64,000 nucleotides of DNA from Euryarchaeota archaeon UBA557 (GTDB taxonomy: Archaea; Thermoplasmatota; Poseidoniia; Poseidoniales; Thalassarchaeaceae), in the NCBI GenBank assembly GCA_002503285.1, contig DARI01000006.1, positions 4,068 through 68,067 on the forward strand. The letters are read 5' to 3'. Below, piece by piece: positions 46,249 to 55,336 of the stretch (the stretch's first letter is position 1; the number at the start of each line of letters is the position of its first letter). Below the pieces are notes generated by a model. The model was not told where the DNA came from and made no database searches. It worked only from the letters and a program-made list of their open reading frames with translations. A program made the position numbers and the translations under genes.

Positions 46249-46298
46249 TAAAATCATACCGGCGTCTAGAAAAGCAAATCATTGCTCCCACATGTTAC

Positions 46299-46373
46299 AC
46301 GAGTGTAGTGTAGTGGTTATCACCGGGCGTTGCCAACGCCTGAACCCGGGTTCAAATCCCGGCACTCGTACCA
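46299..46373 (+). tRNA. tRNA-Gly (anticodon GCC), CCA encoded
   Basis: Folded by hand. The acceptor stem is ACGAGTG/CACTCGT. The D-loop AGTGGTTA contains GG. The anticodon stem GGGCG/CGCCT closes the loop TT-GCC-AA. The T-arm is CCGGG-TTCAAAT-CCCGG. The discriminator is A, followed by CCA. Confidence 0.9.
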
Positions 46374-46391
46374 TAAGAAAATTGATATAAA

Positions 46392-49300
46392 TCATATTTC
46401 TGATTTTCTAATTAAATAAAATGCTCCACCAATGCCAGAAAATAACATTAACATCATACTAAGTATAATTAAATTCATTGAATTATTTTTTAACCAGTTA
46501 TTATTAATATTTTCATCAGATGGAACCTTCTCTAAGATCAAATTATAAGATTGTAAATCCGATGGAGTCATTGAGAAGTAGTTATCTGTTGCACGTATAA
46601 AAATAATAAAATCTCCTTCTTGGAGAGTACTACGTACGTCGAATGATATTGTATAAATTCCATCATTTGGGACTCTATCTTCACCCATTCCATCATCGGA
46701 CATTAAAAGCCAAGTATTTGAACTTCCAATTGGTGCTAATCTGCCTATTTTAATTTGGGCAGATGATATATCATCAATATCCGTTATTTGTACTTCTAAG
46801 GAGTGGGTTATTTGATTTCCCATATTGGGAATTGATATCGTTTCGACAATTTTATTATTCTTTAAAATTGTAATATTTTGTGTACTTGGGGGCTCGTTTA
46901 CTATTATTAATTTACGCCCCTCTATAAATTTCCCTTCCGAGTAAATTTTACTGGTCAATCTAGATTCTCCATTTTTATCTGTAAGCTTGACGTTCAAGTA
47001 AATTTCACCAGGAGATACCGTATCTTTGATTATTAATTCACCTGCCCATGCATCTCCGTCATATTCCAAAAAAGTTAATTCCCCACCATTTGCAAACATA
47101 TCAACTACAATTGATTCAATACCATGGCCGTCTATTGCCTTGATTTTAACAGCAATATTATCTCCTCTAAAGACAGTAAGGGGATTAAAATCCATAGATA
47201 GCATTCTTGGTGCTGAATTAGTTACCTCTAGGGAAACAGATTGATTCACCGATGACCAAATGTCATTCATGTGTACATTAAAATCTATTATCCCATATTC
47301 CAAACCATTATGAATAATTCCTGAAGTCCAAATCCCATCCCTTATAACTAAGTCACCATTTAATCCAGAATCTGATAAAGGTATCATTCCTAAACCTAAT
47401 TGAGATAAATCAGCATATACCGAAAGCATATCTGTATCTACATCCTCAACTTTAATTTCAAGATGTGCAAATCCTCCTTCGGTAAATAGAATGCCTTCTC
47501 TAAAGCTTACTGATGACTCATTTGAGATGTTAATACTTGGTAATGTATTTTCCGCTTCGGTAATTATTGAAGGATATATTATCTCATCTATTGATTGATG
47601 TTCAATAAATACCGTAGTTTGATTATTTGACATATCTTCAATACCTAAATCCACATTTCGATACACTTCGCTAAGAAGTCCAGCAAGTAAGCCTTCATTT
47701 ATAATACTCCCATTTGCAAAAGCGCCATTATCATATTCTCCTTCCCAAATGGCAGTAGATACCAAATGAGAGTCAATAATTGCAGAATCGAAGTCTTTTA
47801 TCTCAACATCGAGTATAAGTTTAGAATTACCCACTAAAGTAAATTTATCGCCAATGAGGACGGTTTCTGGACATAATCCAGTCTCCCTGGATATAGGATT
47901 AGAGAATATTGACTCAGATGAAGGTGCGATTGGTTGTAAAATAGTTGGAGAGTCTGGAGGAAATTCATAGTTAACTGAACCGTTATCTTCCACATATTCA
48001 TATTTTAATGTTCTATTTTCCCAATCTAATTGCGGTACTGTGTACTCATACGTGAGATTATGTTCTGCATTAAATTCTTGATCTATTGGGCCCAGTGGAG
48101 TGGCCGATACATTGAACCAGAATTCATCCTGTATCTTATTTGCTTCAAAAAATTGCCCATTTTCATTCTGATATGCACCTGAATCAACAATTTGCCTAAC
48201 AAGGCCAAAACTACCTTCTGCATCACCATCATAATCTCCATCCACAATAATGGTATCAGAAATAGTTTCACCTCCTTCTGATTCAATATGTATTAGTGGA
48301 ATAGTTCCATTTACCTCTATATATGGTGATTCTGAGACAATAAAATCAAAATCTCCGGAACCTAGCATCTTCAAATATTGATCTTGTTGCAAACCATTTT
48401 CCCATTTATCTCTAAAAAAGAAGTCATCGAGATCGAACGAAAATGTTCCTCCTGCGTTTATCCTTAAAGTCATATTTGCTTCTAATTGAGTGTCTTGTAA
48501 ACGTCTAACTCCATCCTCATCCCATGTTTCATAGTAAAAAAGAGAGACTTCTCCAAAACCACCTTGTGAACTAGTATTGGAACCTTCATTAAGAGAAATA
48601 AATCCAGAGCCTTCTATACTTATTCTTTCTGTTAGAGTATCACCAGATAATGAGCGTAAAATATATGCATCCCTTATTTGTGCTTCGATGAATAATTCGT
48701 TATCCGCATCATTCGTTAAAATAATTGAGCCACTGCCGAACATTTCAAATTCTTGTTTAAGTAATTCAAGTCCATCATAAGTCTCATTTAACCATATCTT
48801 TTCTAAATCTAAATTTAATTCTCCAACATTGGAACCATCGGAAATATCCAAAATTATAGAACCATTTCCTAATTCATTAGATTCCATCAATGAAGCAGTT
48901 CTTTTTTGCCATCCCCTACCTTCAAATGACAATGATTGGTCATCTTCTCCTTGTCCTTCCTCAATTGCCCATGTTGTTTCTCTTGTTATTTCGTGATCGG
49001 CTATTGGTTGATTCCATTGGGTGACTTCAATTGATCTGGAACATTGCGCCTCACTAGTATCTAAATTAATTAATATTATATCTGCAAATTTTGGTTTAAT
49101 GTCAATTACTATGTCAATAAAGCCTCCTGCGTTAACTGAATTGTAGTCGTTATTTTCTAGAATATTTATGCCGTCACGAAATTGTTGAATTTGAATATCA
49201 ACTCCTCCAGGAGAATCTCCATTGGAATAAGGAGGATCAAAAATGACGGTATACCTATGTAGAATTTCAGAAGTATAATTTAAATTCTCAAATTGGTTTA

Positions 49301-49436
49301 TAACGTTCCAATCTACAATAATTTCACATGAAACGTTAGATTCAGAATCTTCACCGAGTATTGAAATTGGCATTAAACTAAATATTAATATTGTAACAAA
49401 TATTATTGAGGATTGTGATTTCATAGTCCCTCTCAT
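46392..49436 (-). CDS. Large secreted, C-terminally membrane-anchored surface protein (Ig-like/adhesin-like domains)
   Basis: 1014 aa. It has an N-terminal signal ('IIFVTILIFSLMPISILG'), a very acidic Asn/Asp/Ser-rich body and a C-terminal TM segment plus 'RKSEI'. Segments such as 'FRGDNIAVKIKAIDGHGIESIVVDMF' look like Ig-fold modules. No specific family was recognised. Confidence 0.6.
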   Translation of the reverse strand: MRGTMKSQSSIIFVTILIFSLMPISILGEDSESNVSCEIIVDWNVINQFENLNYTSEILHRYTVIFDPPYSNGDSPGGVDIQIQQFRDGINILENNDYNSVNAGGFIDIVIDIKPKFADIILINLDTSEAQCSRSIEVTQWNQPIADHEITRETTWAIEEGQGEDDQSLSFEGRGWQKRTASLMESNELGNGSIILDISDGSNVGELNLDLEKIWLNETYDGLELLKQEFEMFGSGSIILTNDADNELFIEAQIRDAYILRSLSGDTLTERISIEGSGFISLNEGSNTSSQGGFGEVSLFYYETWDEDGVRRLQDTQLEANMTLRINAGGTFSFDLDDFFFRDKWENGLQQDQYLKMLGSGDFDFIVSESPYIEVNGTIPLIHIESEGGETISDTIIVDGDYDGDAEGSFGLVRQIVDSGAYQNENGQFFEANKIQDEFWFNVSATPLGPIDQEFNAEHNLTYEYTVPQLDWENRTLKYEYVEDNGSVNYEFPPDSPTILQPIAPSSESIFSNPISRETGLCPETVLIGDKFTLVGNSKLILDVEIKDFDSAIIDSHLVSTAIWEGEYDNGAFANGSIINEGLLAGLLSEVYRNVDLGIEDMSNNQTTVFIEHQSIDEIIYPSIITEAENTLPSINISNESSVSFREGILFTEGGFAHLEIKVEDVDTDMLSVYADLSQLGLGMIPLSDSGLNGDLVIRDGIWTSGIIHNGLEYGIIDFNVHMNDIWSSVNQSVSLEVTNSAPRMLSMDFNPLTVFRGDNIAVKIKAIDGHGIESIVVDMFANGGELTFLEYDGDAWAGELIIKDTVSPGEIYLNVKLTDKNGESRLTSKIYSEGKFIEGRKLIIVNEPPSTQNITILKNNKIVETISIPNMGNQITHSLEVQITDIDDISSAQIKIGRLAPIGSSNTWLLMSDDGMGEDRVPNDGIYTISFDVRSTLQEGDFIIFIRATDNYFSMTPSDLQSYNLILEKVPSDENINNNWLKNNSMNLIILSMMLMLFSGIGGAFYLIRKSEI

Positions 49437-49561
49437 TTATTATGTTAATTGTGAAAGTATATGAAATTGTTTTTTCCCTGATTATAATTTTAAGAAATAC
49501 AGTTTGAAAAAATAAATGATTAATGTAGGCCATTTGATTACTATTAGAATTATTGGAAATT

Positions 49562-50035
49562 TTAAAACAGTGGTTCGATATAATCATCATCAACACCGGA
49601 ACGTTCTCTCCACAGTGATGTTGGTACATCGTCGTAAATTCCAGCATAAGGATCGTTTTCCTTAACACTTCCTTTGTTCTTTGCGGCTTCAGCAGCAGCT
49701 AGAGCAAATGCTTCTGCATTTGCTTTAAATTTCCAATAATGAATTCTCCACTCCCGACCATCCCAAAGGGTTGTTTCTTCCGATTCAGTAGTTAATAAAT
49801 CATAATCCTGTAATTGATAAAATAAATTTCTATCTGTAGGCTCTAATGCGTTATCGATAATTCTATTGGAGAAACCAAAAAAACCTAAAGCATGTTCAGC
49901 TATATTTTCAGCTACAACAGTTTCCATATCTATATCGACTTTTGTCCTTATAGCCTGAGTGAGTTGTGCTAGTGTCAACCCCATCCCATAGTACCTCAGT
50001 ACTTCGCATACGAGACGCCTCGTTATTTCAACCAT
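49562..50035 (-). CDS. Hypothetical cytoplasmic protein (157 aa)
   Basis: It has good coding appearance and lies directly upstream of the large surface protein on the same strand. No motif was recognised. Confidence 0.5.
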   Translation of the reverse strand: MVEITRRLVCEVLRYYGMGLTLAQLTQAIRTKVDIDMETVVAENIAEHALGFFGFSNRIIDNALEPTDRNLFYQLQDYDLLTTESEETTLWDGREWRIHYWKFKANAEAFALAAAEAAKNKGSVKENDPYAGIYDDVPTSLWRERSGVDDDYIEPLF

Positions 50036-50074
50036 GTCACATAATGTGTATTTTTATAGACTAAAACATCCGAA

Positions 50075-51040
50075 GTGATTAATTTTCATAGTGTCCTCGG
50101 ATATGCTGTGAGTCAGACGGGCAGTCAAACATTTCTCGGCCTTAAAGAGCCTAAATATGGGCCATGGGACATCGCAATATTACCTATTCCTTTGGAGATA
50201 ACTACAAGTTGGAAAGAAGGGACTGCAATGGGCCCTAATGCATGCTTAGAAGTAAGTTCTCAAGTTGAATTATATGATGAGCTATTAGAAAATGAATTAC
50301 CCTGCGGACTATCTTTTCATACATCTATTCCTTGGAGTTCAGATGAGGGTACTTTAGAAAAGCAATTAGATTCAATTAAAGAATACGTAAAACCTTGGAC
50401 TAATGGTAAACAATTTCCACTTATTTTGGGAGGTGAGCATGGTATCCTACTCCCGATTATTGAAAGTTTATCTGATAATTCTAAAATAAATTATTTGCAA
50501 GATTTAACAATAGTTCAAATTGATGCTCATGCTGACTTAAGGAATGAGTTGAATGGAGAAAAATTTTCACATGGTACCGTAGTTAGAAGATGTTTAGATT
50601 CAGGTGTAGGAAAGGTGATTCAAATTGGAGTTAGGGCATTTAATAAAGAGGAGTTCGAAATAATTAACAATGATGTTAGAGTCGATACATGGTTTGCTAG
50701 AGACTTATTTGGACTACGAAATAAAAATAAGACATGGGCCAAGTTACTAAATAAAATTGAGGAATTGAGAGGGCCAATTTGGTTGACTTTTGATATCGAC
50801 GGACTTGATTCGTCATTAGTTCCATCCACTGGGACTCCGATGCCTGGGGGGCTATCCTATTGGCAAGCAATAGAATTAATTGAAAAATTATTTTTTGCAG
50901 ATGGGACAGAAATAATAGGTGCTGATATTAATGAAATAAATCAAGGCGGTATTGATTCATTAACAGAATTTAATGCAGCTTTAATAGCTACAAAAATTGT
51001 TGCTTGCCAAACTTTCTTGATTCGGGCGCAGAAGGATTGA
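50075..51040 (+). CDS. speB: Agmatinase/arginase (ureohydrolase) family protein
   Basis: 321 aa, starting with GTG. The Mn-ligand motifs are 'LGGEHG', 'VQIDAHADL', 'SHGT' and 'LTFDIDGLD'. Confidence 0.8.
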   Translation: MINFHSVLGYAVSQTGSQTFLGLKEPKYGPWDIAILPIPLEITTSWKEGTAMGPNACLEVSSQVELYDELLENELPCGLSFHTSIPWSSDEGTLEKQLDSIKEYVKPWTNGKQFPLILGGEHGILLPIIESLSDNSKINYLQDLTIVQIDAHADLRNELNGEKFSHGTVVRRCLDSGVGKVIQIGVRAFNKEEFEIINNDVRVDTWFARDLFGLRNKNKTWAKLLNKIEELRGPIWLTFDIDGLDSSLVPSTGTPMPGGLSYWQAIELIEKLFFADGTEIIGADINEINQGGIDSLTEFNAALIATKIVACQTFLIRAQKD

Positions 51041-51137
51041 ACATGCCTACCTTATCCGCTTAGAACATACATAGTGTAATCATAGTGAAATTAATTATAC
51101 GAGTTGTATTTAGAAAATAGGGAAATTGTGAGACATT

Positions 51138-52661
51138 ATGAAGTGGATTAGTAGTGAATTTATAGATATAGGAATGCAACTAATATTACCTGTCTTTGAA
51201 GGTATAGAAAAAATACCAGAAGAATCTCTTAAAGGACTAAATTCGTCTCAGAAAAATTTGATAAGAGAAGCTATAGTTTCCAAAGAGTTCAAAGCAAAAA
51301 TTGATCAAAAAATATCCTTATGGACTCCCGACTGTAAAATTTTATTAGTTGGCATGGGAGGTAAGGAAAAAATAACTCATAAATTAATTCGTAATTCAGG
51401 TGCCAAAATCATTGCTTTTTTATCAAAACAAAAGGGAGTAGATGTTACGGTGAGGTTTACGGATAATTGGATATTGGAAAATATGTTAAATTTTGCTGAA
51501 GGTATGATGTTAAGAGATTATAATTTTGATAAACATAAAAAAATAGATAAAGATGAATGTTTAGAACAATGGAATATTAATTTTCAAGCAGAAAATAGAT
51601 TTCAAGAAGATCTACAAAAAGGATTGGATAGAATCACTCAGATAACTGGTGGCGTTCACATGGCTAGAGATTTAGGTAATGAACCCGGAAATATAATGTA
51701 TCCAATGGAGTTTGCTAAAAGAGCACTAAATTGGGCTTCAGATAAAGAAAATGTAAAAGTTGAAGTTTATGACTGGGAAAAGTTACAAGAATTGAAAATG
51801 GGAGGATTGGTCAACGTTGGAAAGGGAAGTGATAAGAAGCCTTGCATGGTAATATTTACACTCAATCCGGATGCAGATAAGGAAGTTTCAAGGCCATGCA
51901 TAGTTGGAAAAGGAATAACTTTTGACACAGGAGGAATATCAATTAAGCCCACGAGTGGAATGTGGGATATGAAGTATGATATGTGTGGTGCTGCCACAGT
52001 TTTTGGATTAATGGAAGCACTATGGGCAACCGGATATGAAAGAAGAGTAAATGGCATAACTTGCTTGGCAGAGAATATGCCTGGATCTGGAGCATACCGC
52101 CCAGGAGATGTTATTTCGACTTATTCTGGTAAAACTGTAGAGATTTTTAGTACGGATGCTGAAGGTAGAAATGTCTTAGCAGATGGATTGTGGAAAGCAG
52201 GAGAATTTGATCCCGAATACATCATTGATTTAGCAACTTTAACGGGTGCAGTTGTTGTTGCACTTGGCAATCAAATAACTGGAATGTGGGGCAATGATGA
52301 TTCATTGATAAATAAGTTAAAAAATGCATCCATCAAAGAAGGTGAAGATGTTTGGAGAATGCCTCTAAATTCTGATTTTGAAGGATATATGACAGATTCA
52401 GCATTTGCAGATACTAGGAATGGATCATCTGGAGGTAGAGCAGGTTCATCCAATTCTGCCGCTGCTTTTCTGAAACAGTTTGTTCCAAATCGTAATTTTG
52501 AAGAAAGTTTGGAACAGATATCATGGATACATTTGGATATAGCTGGAACAGCATGGGGGCCGGGAGGTAAAGCAAAATCTGAAGCTTCAAATCCTTTATT
52601 CCAATATGGAGTATCGGGGGTTCATGTTAGAACTCTGCATAGATTGATTGATGATAATTAA
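51138..52661 (+). CDS. pepA: Leucyl aminopeptidase (M17)
   Basis: 507 aa. It has 'VGKGITFDTGGISIKP', 'MKYDMCGAA', 'STDAEGRNVLAD' (NTDAEGRL-type) and 'DLATLTGA'. Confidence 0.9.
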   Translation: MKWISSEFIDIGMQLILPVFEGIEKIPEESLKGLNSSQKNLIREAIVSKEFKAKIDQKISLWTPDCKILLVGMGGKEKITHKLIRNSGAKIIAFLSKQKGVDVTVRFTDNWILENMLNFAEGMMLRDYNFDKHKKIDKDECLEQWNINFQAENRFQEDLQKGLDRITQITGGVHMARDLGNEPGNIMYPMEFAKRALNWASDKENVKVEVYDWEKLQELKMGGLVNVGKGSDKKPCMVIFTLNPDADKEVSRPCIVGKGITFDTGGISIKPTSGMWDMKYDMCGAATVFGLMEALWATGYERRVNGITCLAENMPGSGAYRPGDVISTYSGKTVEIFSTDAEGRNVLADGLWKAGEFDPEYIIDLATLTGAVVVALGNQITGMWGNDDSLINKLKNASIKEGEDVWRMPLNSDFEGYMTDSAFADTRNGSSGGRAGSSNSAAAFLKQFVPNRNFEESLEQISWIHLDIAGTAWGPGGKAKSEASNPLFQYGVSGVHVRTLHRLIDDN

Positions 52662-54554
52662 TTAAGATTCATCCTCATCATCGGAATCAACAACTTCGAA
52701 ATCTGCTTCCACAACACCATCTTCGCCATCATTAGTGCCTTCCTCTGATGTTTGCTCTTCCGCCATTTCGGCTGCTGCTGCTTCGTATATTTTAGTAGAT
52801 AATCCGTGCATTAATTGCTCAACTTCCGATAATTTAGCTTGTATTGCTGCTTCGTCAATATCCTCCAAAGGTATGGCTTCTTCGCCATCCATAATCAAGG
52901 CCTCTAATTCATTTAATTTTTCAGATACTGGAGTTGTATCTTCCTCTGAAAGTTTATCACCAGTTTCTTCAATAGTTTTACGAGTTTGATATATGATGCT
53001 ATCAGCTTGGTTACGTAATTCAACTCTGGCTTTCCTGAGTTTATCTTCTTCAGCAAACTTTTCGGCTTCTTCGATTTTTTGATTTATTTCATCTTCAGAT
53101 AACGATGTTTGACTTTCAATTTTGATAGATTGTTCCGTACCTGTTCCAAGATCTTTAGCAGATACATTTACTATTCCATTAGCATCTATATCGAATGTAA
53201 CTTCTATTTGTGGTACTCCCCTTGGTGCAGGAGGAATTCCGACAAGATGAAATTGGCCAAGCGTAATATTATCTTTTGCAAACTCCCGTTCACCCTGTAG
53301 AACATGAACTTCTACTGCAGGTTGACTATCGGCGGCTGTTGAGAAAACTTCTGATTTACGTGTAGGGATTGTAGTATTTCGTTCAATCATTGGAGTGGTG
53401 ATTCCTCCTAATGTCTCGATACCGAGTGATAAGGGCGTAACATCCAATAATAATACATCAGTAACTCCTTCGTCGCCAACAATTATTCCTGCTTGTAAAG
53501 TTGCACCCACTGCAACTGCTTCATCTGGATTTATTCCTTTGAACGGGGCTTTTCCTACTTCTTTCTCAATAGCTGATTGTACTGCAGGAACTCTAGTAGA
53601 TCCTCCAACTAATATTACTTTGTCTACATCTCCCTTTTTTACGCCTGAATCTTTCATAGCACGGCGAGTAGGAGACATTGTTCTTTCAATCAAATTACTA
53701 ATTAATTTTTCAAAATCAGACCTGGATAAAGTGATATCTAAATGTTCTGGTTGGCCATCCCTCATAGTGATAAAAGGTAAGTTAATTTGAGTTGATGCTG
53801 AAGATGAAAGTTCTATCTTAGCTTTTTCAGCTGCTTCCCTGAGTCTACTCATTGATTGTAGATCTTTACTCAAGTCTATACCTGTAGATTTCTTAAACTC
53901 ACTTACTAACCAATCAACTACTACTTGATCGAAATCATCTCCACCTAAGCGATTATCTCCGCTGGTAGCCTTAACCTCAATTTGTGGTTGACCATCTACT
54001 TGATATATCTCTAATACTGATACATCAAAGGTACCGCCGCCCAAATCATATACCAAAATAGTTTGATCATCAGCTTTATCGACTCCATAAGCCAAAGCGG
54101 CTGCAGTAGGCTCATTTATTATCCTAAGTACTTCTAATCCCGCGATTCTTCCTGCATCTTTTGTTGCTTGCCTTTGGGCGTCAGAAAAATAAGCAGGACA
54201 TGTTATTACAGCTTGCTTAACTTCTCTTCCCAGATACTCTTCGGCATCTGCTTTTAATTTTTGAAGAATAAAGGCCGAAACTTCCTGAGGTGAATATGTA
54301 TCTTCATCGATTTTTTTAGACCAATCAGTACCCATTTCTCTTTTTACTGAAAGAATAGTTCTCTCAGAGTTCGTTACTGCTTGTCGCTTTGCAGTAATTC
54401 CGACTAATCTTTCACCATCTTTTGTGAATGCAACTACACTTGGAGTTGTTCTGGCTCCTTCCGAATTGGATATCACAACTGCTTGGCCACCCTCCAGCGT
54501 AGCAACGCAACTATTTGTCGTACCTAAATCAATTCCTATTACTGGTCCACTCAT
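52662..54554 (-). CDS. dnaK: Molecular chaperone DnaK (Hsp70)
   Basis: 630 aa. It has '[13 protein letters not shown]', '[14 protein letters not shown]', '[13 protein letters not shown]' and '[15 protein letters not shown]', with an acidic C-terminal tail. An AGGAG lies 9 nt upstream of the ATG. Confidence 0.97.
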   Translation of the reverse strand: MSGPVIGIDLGTTNSCVATLEGGQAVVISNSEGARTTPSVVAFTKDGERLVGITAKRQAVTNSERTILSVKREMGTDWSKKIDEDTYSPQEVSAFILQKLKADAEEYLGREVKQAVITCPAYFSDAQRQATKDAGRIAGLEVLRIINEPTAAALAYGVDKADDQTILVYDLGGGTFDVSVLEIYQVDGQPQIEVKATSGDNRLGGDDFDQVVVDWLVSEFKKSTGIDLSKDLQSMSRLREAAEKAKIELSSSASTQINLPFITMRDGQPEHLDITLSRSDFEKLISNLIERTMSPTRRAMKDSGVKKGDVDKVILVGGSTRVPAVQSAIEKEVGKAPFKGINPDEAVAVGATLQAGIIVGDEGVTDVLLLDVTPLSLGIETLGGITTPMIERNTTIPTRKSEVFSTAADSQPAVEVHVLQGEREFAKDNITLGQFHLVGIPPAPRGVPQIEVTFDIDANGIVNVSAKDLGTGTEQSIKIESQTSLSEDEINQKIEEAEKFAEEDKLRKARVELRNQADSIIYQTRKTIEETGDKLSEEDTTPVSEKLNELEALIMDGEEAIPLEDIDEAAIQAKLSEVEQLMHGLSTKIYEAAAAEMAEEQTSEEGTNDGEDGVVEADFEVVDSDDEDES

Positions 54555-54571
54555 TTTTTCATCTCCTATTT

Positions 54572-55210
54572 TTAATTATACATTGTTGAATTAATATCAA
54601 ATGTGACATCCAATATTCCATTATTATATGTCCATTTGATAATTCGACTTGCTGTTTCTGGTAACTTAAACTTCTTGAAAGGTCGTAATTGAGTAGTTTT
54701 CATAATTTGGAGCAAGTTTCCAGAACTAGCGAGATTTAATTCCATAGAATCTTGATCGATATCAGTATATCTAGATATATCTACAGTTAAGTACATTTTA
54801 TCTCCATAAATTTGAACATTATCTTGATCAAGTTCTTCGTCATCATGAGCATCATTAATTTCTGCTTCCATCTCAATTACTGGCTCATCTAACTTAACAT
54901 CCACGCCGATATTTTTTAATAAATCTCCAAATCCTTCAGGATTATTGATATTCATCATTTGCTCCATCATTTTTCTTAATTCCTTTGGATCTAAATTTAT
55001 ATTCATTTTATTGACATCCATATTGACATTAGCTTTTGCCATATCTTCCATATTCATGCCCATATCTTCTAATCTACCTTTTAACTGATTCATAATTGAT
55101 TTAAGCATGTTTATATCTACATTCATACCCATTTCAGAAAATACTTTAGCCATTTCCTTTAGCATATTTTCTTCCCATTCATCTCTATTGGAAACGCTCA
55201 TAATAATCAC
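54572..55210 (-). CDS. Met-rich protein with C-terminal Hsp20/alpha-crystallin-like (or p23/CS-like) beta-sandwich
   Basis: 212 aa from GTG at 55210 (ATG at 55201 is an alternative). I count 18 Met in the first ~100 residues. The C-terminal '[35 protein letters not shown]......[29 protein letters not shown]' follows the ACD pattern (..vDlPG...edi.v.v....L.I.....f.r.f.LP..v....i.A.y.nGvL.i.l). Confidence 0.5.
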   Translation of the reverse strand: MIIMSVSNRDEWEENMLKEMAKVFSEMGMNVDINMLKSIMNQLKGRLEDMGMNMEDMAKANVNMDVNKMNINLDPKELRKMMEQMMNINNPEGFGDLLKNIGVDVKLDEPVIEMEAEINDAHDDEELDQDNVQIYGDKMYLTVDISRYTDIDQDSMELNLASSGNLLQIMKTTQLRPFKKFKLPETASRIIKWTYNNGILDVTFDINSTMYN

Positions 55211-55234
55211 TAGTGAACCTTAGGTTGTCTAGTG
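55208..55234. promoter_or_regulatory. Imperfect 27-nt palindrome in the divergent sHSP-dnaK / thermosome control region
   Basis: The sequence is 'cactagtgaacct-t-aggttgtctagtg', with 11 of 13 arm positions complementary. It overlaps the GTG start option of the Hsp20-like gene. Confidence 0.25.
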
Positions 55235-55336
55235 GGAGAGAGGTTGAATATATTAATACGACGGTTTGTAGATTATACTAATCAAGAACAATACAACAAG
55301 CGGATTCAAAACATATTATCCATTGGGATAAATTAT

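Noticed and set aside
46181-46390. A 69-aa plus-strand ORF spanning the end of arsC and the tRNA.
   Set aside because: It reads through a well-folded tRNA-Gly gene and overlaps the arsC 3' end, so it is not coding.
46249-50074. Whether an integrated mobile element or genomic island is attached to tRNA-Gly.
   Set aside because: There is no integrase, transposase or phage gene. I found no direct repeat of the tRNA 3' end downstream, and no obvious compositional shift by eye. Variability of the surface-protein gene remains possible but is unproven.
54572-55210. Calling the gene upstream of dnaK a grpE gene on positional grounds.
   Set aside because: The sequence shows none of the GrpE C-terminal beta-domain or four-helix-bundle motifs I know. 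The C-terminus fits an Hsp20/CS-type pattern better. It is kept as an open question in the findings.
55211-55336. A CIRCE (HrcA) operator upstream of dnaK or the thermosome.
   Set aside because: The consensus TTAGCACTC-N9-GAGTGCTAA is not present. Only the unrelated CACTAG-N15-CTAGTG palindrome is seen.
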